Source of the DNA: Nitrospirota bacterium
Lineage (GTDB): Bacteria; Nitrospirota; UBA9217
NCBI GenBank assembly: GCA_963737155.1
Contig: CAVTRN010000002.1
Coordinates: forward strand, 896,001-960,000
Direction: 5' to 3'
Length of the DNA: 64,000 bases
This document shows, piece after piece, positions 50,623 to 58,994 of this stretch. A program made the position numbers and the translations under genes. The notes under the pieces were generated by a model. That model searched no databases, was not told the DNA's origin, and worked only from the letters and a program-made list of their open reading frames with translations. Positions within the stretch are counted from its first letter, which is position 1. Each line of letters begins with the position of its first letter.

Positions 50623-51237
50623 AGAGCCTGTCGCACAAATCACTCAATATTAAGAATAATGTAGTATTGGCTTTCACGCAGATGAGGAGATACACGATGG
50701 CCTTCAGTTTCAAAGAATGTAACCAGGATCAAGTTTATCTCCTGTCGCCCAGCTTGCGGGAACGGCTGCCACCCAAGGACACTATTTGCTCGTCCTTGAA
50801 GTCGTGGTGGAGGTGGCCTTTGCGGCATTCTATCGGGAAGCCGCCACATCATCGCCGTCCCGAGACCGGATACCGAAAGATCTGACACTCCGGCAGCGGA
50901 TGGAGCGTAAGCTCCTGACCAAGCGAATATAAGACTCTATCTATAAGGCATGAGGCCAGACTGTCGAACCGGTCTTTGGTCAGACCGAAGACAATCGCGG
51001 TATCCGGCATAATATGCGCCGGGGGCTTGAAGCATGCTCCCAGAGGAGTGAAAACTTCACTGCGCGACACACAATTTGCCGAGGCTTTAGCGAAGCGTCA
51101 AAGGAATCACATCTCAGATGGCAACATACAGGACCAACGCGGTCACTTATTCAGGCCGTAGCTTTCGCCAATATGTTTAATATCTGCCTGGTAACGTCCC
51201 ATTTGGACGATCATAGACGGCTTGTGCGTCAGGCTTT
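50623..51237 (+). mobile_element. Internally deleted, decayed IS1182-family element
   Basis: IRs AGAGCCTGTCGCACAA / TTGTGCGTCAGGCTTT (14/16). N-term MAFSFKECNQDQVYLLSPSLRERLP is joined to C-term QRMERKLLTKR...GQTVEPVFGQ...RRGLEAC...ATHNL, with stops. Confidence 0.8.
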
Positions 51238-51510
51238 AATATAGGTAAGCTAGTATATATAACACGGTAATTTGTAATTTTCAATACCAAATTTTTTCGC
51301 AAGCCACAGTGTCGTTTCCCGTTGAGATGTAGCTGGCCAGCCCGATGGTCGGATGATTTGTGATTTTGATCACCGAGAGCAATCCCGATATTGAGTTATA
51401 CTGAAATATTTCCCTCCGGATCCAGGCGGCCAAAATCACCGGAACGGTGAGTAAGGATTTTCTTATTTGATCGAAAGGACATATATGATGTTCGAAGGAA
51501 CAGTCTAAAA

Positions 51511-51545
51511 AAAAAGAGGGGGATGAAATTCATCCCCCTCTTTTT
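51511..51545 (-). terminator. Intrinsic terminator after the OmcE-like gene
   Basis: AAAAAGAGGGGGATGAA-A-TTCATCCCCCTCTTTTT with long U tract on minus strand. Confidence 0.85.
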
Positions 51546-51556
51546 CGATACTGATC

Positions 51557-52327
51557 TTACTTGTTATGGCAGGTGAAGCAAAGGGCGCTATTTGTATCCT
51601 GCACCCAGGTGAACTTCACGCCTTGGGCCTTGGTGTTGTGAACATCATGGCAGGAGCTGCATTCCATCATTCCATTCCAAAGAAGGTCATTGATGGTGAT
51701 GCCGTAGGGGTTCGGACCGCCTATCGGTGTGTCAGCATTGTTGATTTCATCATCAACTGCTGCAACGGCATTGTAATCGAAACCGATGGGATGATGGTTC
51801 GCCAGGTTTCCGCCGCCGCCGATGAGGATTCTACCAGAAGCCATGACATTGCCGGTATTATGCGAAGGTGAAACTCCACCATCAAAATTACCATAGGTGC
51901 TGATGGCGACTGAACCGTCATGGCAGCTGAGGCAGAGTCTCGAAACGCTGCCGGGCTGACCGATAGTAGAAGCTGCGTTATTTTGCTCGTTAATCAAGTT
52001 AGGAGTAACACTGCCGGACGAATAGAGCGTATAGTTTGTCACTTGCGTCAAGCCATGGTTCCAGAGCGGGTAGTAGGTGGCATAGGCAGTAAGGCCCAGG
52101 TTAGCGATATCAGTCGTGCTGGCCGTATGATGCGGTGCATGGCAATAGATACAAATTCGATCCAGTGTGGGATCGGCTAACGTGCCAGCACCCCACTGCG
52201 CGCCTACTCCACTCGTGCTGCTCAGATCATGGGAGGTTCCCTTAATGCCGGTTCCGGGGTTAGCACCGGCCATCGCGTAGCCGGCCAGGGCAAGAACCAA
52301 ACCGACAGCTAGTATAGTTCTTTTCAT
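51557..52327 (-). CDS. omcE: OmcE-like tetraheme cytochrome (candidate nanowire subunit)
   Basis: IKGTSHDLSS, ICIYCHAPH, PLWN, YTLYSS, SRLCLSCHDG, LANHHPIGF, ECSSCHDVH, SALCFTCHNK-stop: same motif order as Geobacter OmcE as recalled; homolog, orthology not tested. Confidence 0.8.
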   Translation of the reverse strand: MKRTILAVGLVLALAGYAMAGANPGTGIKGTSHDLSSTSGVGAQWGAGTLADPTLDRICIYCHAPHHTASTTDIANLGLTAYATYYPLWNHGLTQVTNYTLYSSGSVTPNLINEQNNAASTIGQPGSVSRLCLSCHDGSVAISTYGNFDGGVSPSHNTGNVMASGRILIGGGGNLANHHPIGFDYNAVAAVDDEINNADTPIGGPNPYGITINDLLWNGMMECSSCHDVHNTKAQGVKFTWVQDTNSALCFTCHNK

Positions 52328-52512
52328 TACATGTTCTCCTTTTTCCCCTACCTTTTTGTAAAGGCAAGGGTAATATGTAGGGTTGCCTCTTCAGGACAAC
52401 TCCTCACTTTAGTCAAAATTCTCTTGATTCAATTAATCGGTTTTGTCTTCTTCCGTATTCCCCCGAACACGAAGTGAAGACATCTTGCTGTGGCAGGCTT
52501 GCCAGACATACT

Positions 52513-52529
52513 AGCAAAAGCAGTGCCAG
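52513..52529 (-). promoter_or_regulatory. Sigma-54 promoter for the OmcE-like gene
   Basis: CTGGCACTGCTTTTGCT, consensus TGGCAC-N5-TTGCW. Confidence 0.8.
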
Positions 52530-53090
52530 AATAAAAAATGAAATTTAATAGGTACTTAATTGATATGTGTATACTGGCAGACCGTGAAATGACCATGTGG
52601 TGGCGATATGGCTGATAGTAAATTCAATATATATAAAACCAAGTTCGCGGATAAGTTGCGCAGATGTAATCAGTCGTTTATTTTACGATAGAACATTAAG
52701 AATATAATAGATCAATAACTTAAAGAATAAGAATTTCGGGAAGTTTTTATAGAAAAAATAAATGCATTGGGTTGATTGAAGGGATTGGCGAGTGATTAGT
52801 GCATCACAAGATCAGGCTTCGCTCGATTATTACGATACGGTTATTTTGGAAATCATCCAGGCGAAGTACGCTTCATTATAGAAGGAAAGGAGAATAAAGC
52901 AAAATATGGATGTGGTGAAATGGCTGAGTGCCTTAGGTGTAAATGCCATTTCCCGCTTATTTCGGAACACCGAATTGAATTTTAAAACACATCCTAGAGA
53001 TGATTCTTACTTTTAAAAATGATTTTAATTACAACACGTTGCTCGTTTATTTTCTGCCTTTTCCACTGATATTTTGTGTAGCGCAATTAT

Positions 53091-53107
53091 GTGGCATCGT
53101 TTGTGCA
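53091..53107 (+). promoter_or_regulatory. Putative sigma-54 promoter for the 1091-aa cytochrome
   Basis: GTGGCATCGTTTGTGCA (GG-N10-GC). Confidence 0.55.
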
Positions 53108-53334
53108 ATATGCGTAAATGGAAAAATAATGCCACTCAATTCCCCCGGTTTGGTATGTGGCATTGATTTCGTTGTGGTAGGCTAGGCAATGTGTTTTGAG
53201 GAGGAATAGATAGCGATAGGAATTGAATGAAAGCGGTTATGAAGTATGCGTGCTTATCAGGCATAATAAAATTGTTACAGCCTGATAACGGTAGAAAATC
53301 CTGCAATGAAATAAAAAATTAAAGGAGATTTGAA

Positions 53335-56300
53335 ATGTATATTAAGAAAAACTTAATGTTATGGCTTGCAGTTCTTGCCGTGGCATTGCCGCTCATCCTT
53401 ACCGGCACAGCCAGCGCAAAGTATCTGTCCGATGGCGCTGTCCCGAATGGACAGGGCGAATGGGCTGCACCCATCGACGGTATCTGCGCGCTAAGCCTGA
53501 GCCCCACAGGCACCTATGCGGTTGATACTACGGTTCCCACTGTTAGAGATTGTCAAGCTCGGCTTATTGTTACGACTCCCACGACTTCTGCTCCAACGAA
53601 GCAGGTATGTGGAAATTCAGCTGGTAATACTGCTGGCTTATTGTATGCAGCGCCCGGCAGCAGCACCTGTGTGACCGTGAACATGCCATACAGTGCCTCA
53701 ACCCCAAGCTCCGGGCTCATAACAGGGACCATATCTATGAAAAATCTGGATAGGTCTGCCCAAATGTGTAATGGTAATGGCGGCTTCCTGGCCAGCGATG
53801 CGACTAATGTCAATCAGGCTGAGATTATGGCGACGGGCGGGAATGCGTGCGTTGCTTACGGATGGCAAAATGCAGGCCAGAATCCCGCGACGGGTGCGCC
53901 TTTGACCTTCGGAGCAAATGGCGTGACCGGCGGCATTTCTAATACGAATACTGCTGGCTTCTGTTATTTTACGGGAGATTTGTCGACCGCTTATAGCGTG
54001 GCAACTTGCCCAACGTCGACCTCGAATGCGACTGTCTCCTTAGGCTATTCAATTAGCGGTGGTAAGTGCGTATATAGCTACGTTATTACGGGCTATCCTT
54101 CCGCTGCCCTTACGAATCCTACTGTGAGCACGGGAGGCGCTCTTCAAGTTGTAACTGCCGCCGATACGTTCGTCGATTTGAGCGGCATTACTACCCAAGG
54201 TGCTTGCGTTGTGGCCGGTGGTACATGGAACAACTGGGGTGTCAACGTTGTGGCTGGGTCAACATCAACAGCATCAGTAGCGACTACAGCAAACGCCTCT
54301 ACCATCGTGAAGTTCAATACCGCTTTGCAGGCTATTGGTAGTACTGATGGTTGTCTTCATTGCCACAGCAGCCTGGTACAGGACAATTCATTGGTAGACA
54401 GATGGTCGAAAGACACCTATCTCAAGACCGGCCACAAGAACATGCTGCGCAAAGTTGGAGCTGCCAGCACGAAATGGACGAATTGGGCTGGTCCGGATGG
54501 CGTGATATATACGACTGACGGAGCCCTTACCACTTCAGATACTATCAGCTGGCCAGCTGATTCAGCTTACATATATTCGAAGGGCGTGAATACAACTCTT
54601 ACCTATATTGTCGGCGACTGGATGACAGTCTATCCGACTCTGGAATATCCTGGCTCAGCTTATTCTTGTGCAGCATGCCATACAACTGGCTACAATGATT
54701 CCGTTAACCCCGGCACACAATCACTGGGGACTCCCGGTTACAATGGTGCGCAGCCTGCAGCAGCAGGCACGAATTATGCCGCCTCTGTAAGCGGTGGCGA
54801 TCAGTGGGATCTTGAGGGCATTCAGTGCGGACGGTGCCATAATGCGGCAGCCCCGGCAGAAGCCCAGGCAAACATTACCGGCGGATGTACTGGTACCTAC
54901 ACAACCCAATCAACATGTAATGCAGGCGGCTACGCATGGGTTGCGTCTGAGTCAAGTTTCTCAACAACCGTTCCCGTGACCACCGGTATGGGCAACTTGG
55001 CTGCTGGAACCGGCAGGGTCAATCTCTGCTTCGGCTGTCATCAGTCCATCGCGAAGCTCTGGCCGGCTGAGGGTGGAACTTCAGCGGGTACTACGCAATA
55101 TGATCCAACGCTGATTCCCGCGAGCATCACTGCAACCAAATCTGATTTCAGCGGCCATGTACTTGGCAACTCGTTCCTGAATAGCGTCCATGCGCGTTAT
55201 TCCGGAGTCAACAGCGCCACCGCCCCTGGTGGTATCCAAAACAACTCACTGGGTAAATTCGACTTGGTCGATCCCAACGGCACCGTGGAATACAATAGCC
55301 AGTTCCAGGGCTATCTCTGCGGAAGTCCGGGCGCGACCTTCCCGAGCCAACCGAGCATTGACACGACCAATCCCGATGGCTCGAAAATCACGACAAAGAC
55401 ACAGTGCGATGCTCTGTATGCATGCAGCTTAAGCACTAACACTACGGTTAAATATCCAACGCAGACTGCTTGTACCAGTGCTGGCGGTAAATGGGCTTCC
55501 ACTTGGCAAAGTGACGGCCAAGGCACCTGCACCACCTGCCATGACGTACATAACAGCCTGTTCGTTCCTTCCGAGTCGCAAGCTTCAATCAGAAAGAGCT
55601 GCGAAGATTGCCACGTGAACAACGTTGCATCAGTAACTGGGCCCGTGACAAACGCAACCTCTACGTTTGCTCCGCAAGTAGAGAATTTCAACCATCCGCA
55701 AGTTGGCGGAACGCCGTTCGATACAAGCCTCTACAGCAGCTCATGCGAAGTTTGCCACATGGCGCTTGTAGCGGTTGGCTCTTCAGGCGATGCCAGCTAT
55801 CCCCCGTATCTGACCGGGCAATTCCAACAACTGAGCTTCGCAATGCACGTCTGGAGAATCAACACCAGCCCGAATTACAGCACCTTCCCGACGTATAGCG
55901 TGTTCAGCGGCTCCAACGGCTTGACTAAGGATGATAATGCCCAGACGTCTCCGGAGTCGTATATGACCGCGAACGGCACCACAGCCATAGATAACAAGGC
56001 AGTTTGGGTAGACGTCGATCTCGCCTGCGGCCAGTGCCATGGTGGTTCGAATGGTACAACCTACACGCAGAATGGCGCGCCTTACAAGACGAAGGCCGTC
56101 CTCGCTGCTCAGGCAGTAAATATGCACATGCTGGCTTCAACCCAGCCGGTAGCGTCTACTAGCACGGTAACGACGAGCGGCTACACAGTGTCCTTCAACG
56201 ATACATCAGCCAGTGCCATTGGTGGCTCGATTACCGTAAACTGGGGTGATGGTAATGTCACTGACGGTATGGCAGGTGGGTCCTTCACCCATACGTACGT

Positions 56301-56610
56301 CAGGGCGAAGGACTACAATATCCTGGACATCGTAACCAGCACAACTGGCCTTAGCGATACCCTGACCATTCCGGTCCAGGTACCTGCAAGGGTCTCCATA
56401 ACGTTATCGAGTGTAATCGGTAACGGTACTCAGGTTTCCTTGAAGAGGAACGGCCACACGGTACAGTACATCAGGTCAGCCACCGCCGGTAACCGCTTCA
56501 CCATCATACCGGGTGTCTACTCGATGACTACCTATACAAGGCTCTCTTCAGGCCCAACCACGAGCACATTTGGTCCTTACGACGTTACGAGCAGCGTGAC
56601 GCTGCCGTAA
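53335..56610 (+). CDS. Large secreted octaheme c cytochrome, Thr/Ser/Gly-rich, with C-terminal PKD-like domain
   Basis: Signal peptide; 8 CxxCH; 16 additional Cys; VSFNDTS...VNWGDG...FTHTY. Confidence 0.9.
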   Translation: MYIKKNLMLWLAVLAVALPLILTGTASAKYLSDGAVPNGQGEWAAPIDGICALSLSPTGTYAVDTTVPTVRDCQARLIVTTPTTSAPTKQVCGNSAGNTAGLLYAAPGSSTCVTVNMPYSASTPSSGLITGTISMKNLDRSAQMCNGNGGFLASDATNVNQAEIMATGGNACVAYGWQNAGQNPATGAPLTFGANGVTGGISNTNTAGFCYFTGDLSTAYSVATCPTSTSNATVSLGYSISGGKCVYSYVITGYPSAALTNPTVSTGGALQVVTAADTFVDLSGITTQGACVVAGGTWNNWGVNVVAGSTSTASVATTANASTIVKFNTALQAIGSTDGCLHCHSSLVQDNSLVDRWSKDTYLKTGHKNMLRKVGAASTKWTNWAGPDGVIYTTDGALTTSDTISWPADSAYIYSKGVNTTLTYIVGDWMTVYPTLEYPGSAYSCAACHTTGYNDSVNPGTQSLGTPGYNGAQPAAAGTNYAASVSGGDQWDLEGIQCGRCHNAAAPAEAQANITGGCTGTYTTQSTCNAGGYAWVASESSFSTTVPVTTGMGNLAAGTGRVNLCFGCHQSIAKLWPAEGGTSAGTTQYDPTLIPASITATKSDFSGHVLGNSFLNSVHARYSGVNSATAPGGIQNNSLGKFDLVDPNGTVEYNSQFQGYLCGSPGATFPSQPSIDTTNPDGSKITTKTQCDALYACSLSTNTTVKYPTQTACTSAGGKWASTWQSDGQGTCTTCHDVHNSLFVPSESQASIRKSCEDCHVNNVASVTGPVTNATSTFAPQVENFNHPQVGGTPFDTSLYSSSCEVCHMALVAVGSSGDASYPPYLTGQFQQLSFAMHVWRINTSPNYSTFPTYSVFSGSNGLTKDDNAQTSPESYMTANGTTAIDNKAVWVDVDLACGQCHGGSNGTTYTQNGAPYKTKAVLAAQAVNMHMLASTQPVASTSTVTTSGYTVSFNDTSASAIGGSITVNWGDGNVTDGMAGGSFTHTYVRAKDYNILDIVTSTTGLSDTLTIPVQVPARVSITLSSVIGNGTQVSLKRNGHTVQYIRSATAGNRFTIIPGVYSMTTYTRLSSGPTTSTFGPYDVTSSVTLP

Positions 56611-56644
56611 GTAAGAAGAGTACCATAATTATCATCGCATCAAA

Positions 56645-56683
56645 GCAGGCAGGCGGGATTCTACCGCCTGCCTGTTGTTTTTT
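56645..56683 (+). terminator. Intrinsic terminator
   Basis: GCAGGCAGGCGG-gattcta-CCGCCTGCCTGT followed by a T tract. Confidence 0.85.
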
Positions 56684-57027
56684 GATAGATTCTGTAGTAT
56701 TATGATGATCGCCTGAGCAGACTCTTGAAAAAGTACTTAACCGGCAATAATTTTATACGCTATATGGTACGCCAACTTCCTGCTGATTGGCCCGTTGCGT
56801 TGGCCGTGCCGCAGAGCGCGTTGTGAATCGTTTTATTATCAATAGCCTGTTTAAGCTGATGGCATGCAGAATGTCTTTCGTATAACGAATTGCGTTTTCT
56901 GATCACAACTCCGGTCTTCAGTGACAGCCCTGGATTCTGGAGGATCGGGTCAGTAACAAAGTAAACATATTTTACGAAGTCATAAATTATAATTTCAATT
57001 CCGGCTTGTCCGGGTTAGGAGTAACAA

Positions 57028-57783
57028 ATGCGAAGACAATTGATGACAGCGGTTGTTCTGGCCCTTTTACTTGTGCAGTTTATGCTTGCCGGATGCAAGA
57101 AAACGGAAACGGCGGTCACGACCGCTTCCCTCACAGAACAGGAAGCCGCGCGCCATCAAGATGAGATGATCAAACAGAGCCTGGAAGATTCGAAAAAAAT
57201 GGTTGCCGCAAAGGTCAATGGTGAGCCTATTACTATGTTCTTCGTGTTGCGGGAAATGAATGCAATTGTCCCCCAGTACCTTAAGCAGGGCCAGCAGCGG
57301 ACGCCGGAGATTGACAAAAAAGTCAGGGCCGACGCGTTGAACGACCTGATATTCGAGACCTTGGCGGTGCAGGAAGCGAGAAAGCGTGGCATGACGGTAA
57401 AGCCGGAGGCAATCGATGCCGAGATCAGGAATGATGGTTCGGACCAGTCTTTAAAAAAGTATCTGGCCGACTCTGGCCTTGCAGACGCCGACTTCCGGAA
57501 AGGCATCGAGCAAGACTTGCTGTTTGAAATGATTGCGGGCCAGGAGATCGACGCGAAGATCAAGGTTACCGAGGCGGCCCTGCGGGAACGCTATCGGAAG
57601 GAAAAAGCCCAATGGAAGACAGCCGACGCTGCACACAAACAGATGACCTTTGAGCAGGCCCGTGCCCTGATCGAGCAGAAAGTCAGGGAGGAAGAGGGCG
57701 AGAAGCGTATGCGGCAGTGGGAGATGGACCTTCGGAAAAACGCTACCATTGAAATCGCTGATACAAAGCAGAAACACGGGTAA
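57028..57783 (+). CDS. SurA/PrsA N-domain chaperone-like lipoprotein lacking parvulin domain (paralog of 45412-46185)
   Basis: LAG-C; VAAKVNG, ALNDLIFETLAVQEARKRGM.V, DLRKNATIEI. Confidence 0.78.
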   Translation: MRRQLMTAVVLALLLVQFMLAGCKKTETAVTTASLTEQEAARHQDEMIKQSLEDSKKMVAAKVNGEPITMFFVLREMNAIVPQYLKQGQQRTPEIDKKVRADALNDLIFETLAVQEARKRGMTVKPEAIDAEIRNDGSDQSLKKYLADSGLADADFRKGIEQDLLFEMIAGQEIDAKIKVTEAALRERYRKEKAQWKTADAAHKQMTFEQARALIEQKVREEEGEKRMRQWEMDLRKNATIEIADTKQKHG

Positions 57784-58250
57784 TTCAATCGTACTTGAGG
57801 GCGCTTACAAGCCTGGAAAATAGCAGGGAGCGAGCAGTATCCTGACGTCGCATAATCGTCGGTATTACCGGCCAGCAATGCATCTGTGACGAAAAGTTCA
57901 CAAACAACGCGAAAGAGAAGATAGATTCGCGAGAAACCTTTGAGTTTTCAACGTACACTCGAATACCATTTGTGAGATGATCCGTCTGCCGATTTTAGTA
58001 AATAGATCTTAACAAAGACCTTCGCTTTCTGTCCCCTTCGGCCGGTAAAATAGGGAAGACAATAATCTAAAACTTTATGTTAACTGCCTCTTGACCTTCG
58101 GGCCGTTGGGGGGAGAAGAAGTATGGCCTGCCGCCTTCTTCAAAAAACGTTCATTGATCAGCTTTACTTGCTAGGCGATATGACGGATTTTTCCACGCTT
58201 CATTTGGTCCAAATGCAGGGCTTTCGCATTTGAGCGCAGGCGGAGTACGG

Positions 58251-58892
58251 CTAAAACTCGATCAGCAGGCCCGCCCGGTAGAATGTGCCTCCGAGGTTTT
58301 CCGACACGGAGCTTACAATGGCCCGGGTGTGTTCGGCCTCGACAAAGATTGAGGTATGGAGCACGCCGTAATTGAAATACATCATGCTTGCAGCGCTCTC
58401 GTCCAGGTTGTCCAGGGAAAGCTGCAGGCCGCCCCGGATATTATATCCATCTCCGTGACCGCGTGTGGTTGGCTGGCCCTCGGTCGTCTCGATGTAGTAA
58501 CTTCTGGTAAACCCCCCGCCGAGATAAGGCACTACCCACTGGTTTTCCACCACGACGGCGCGGGCTATGACGAACAAATCGACCGGGATGAGCTCATAGG
58601 TCGCGCTTCCGGTTAAATTTCCGTGAAATTCCTCATAACCCTCTCCCGTCACCTTCATGTGGTCCAAACCGACACCGGCCTCGAGCTGCGGCAGAATCTT
58701 GTACGCCAGTGAAGCCCCATACTCCGGCAGGCGGCTTCTGCCGAAGTAATGCGACAGGTTCTTGAGCGCGGGCTCGAATGATCCGCCCTCGAATTCAAGT
58801 GACCAGTGCGACTGCTCCAGCAGCGGTTCCGCGGCCGGCGTAACTGATGGAAGTATTGTCAGGATCAAGAGGATGATAATTATTTTCACCAA
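58251..58892 (-). CDS. Small outer-membrane beta-barrel, MXAN_2562-like
   Basis: Signal peptide; QWVVPYLGGG, LDNLDESAA.MM..NYGV.HT.IF.E; C-terminal LLIEF. Confidence 0.7.
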   Translation of the reverse strand: MVKIIIILLILTILPSVTPAAEPLLEQSHWSLEFEGGSFEPALKNLSHYFGRSRLPEYGASLAYKILPQLEAGVGLDHMKVTGEGYEEFHGNLTGSATYELIPVDLFVIARAVVVENQWVVPYLGGGFTRSYYIETTEGQPTTRGHGDGYNIRGGLQLSLDNLDESAASMMYFNYGVLHTSIFVEAEHTRAIVSSVSENLGGTFYRAGLLIEF

Positions 58893-58994
58893 TGCACGCT
58901 CCTACCGTACCGGTCTTGTATTCAGCGTCCCCCGGGAGTACTGCTGTCTTTCGGGCCCCAATTCTTCATTTTAATCCCACGCACTTCTCATTTT

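Noticed and set aside
52328-52500. Riboswitch (c-di-GMP/cGAMP GEMM) in the omcE-like leader
   Set aside because: Hairpins are present but the GEMM core (GGCAAAC...GAAA...GACGCAAAG) was not found; an Rfam scan would settle it
56715-56852. Possible MITE with IS5-like ends (AGCAGACTCTTGAAAAA / TTATCAATAGCCTGTT)
   Set aside because: Only about 12/17 IR match and no clear target duplication; needs other genomic copies to support
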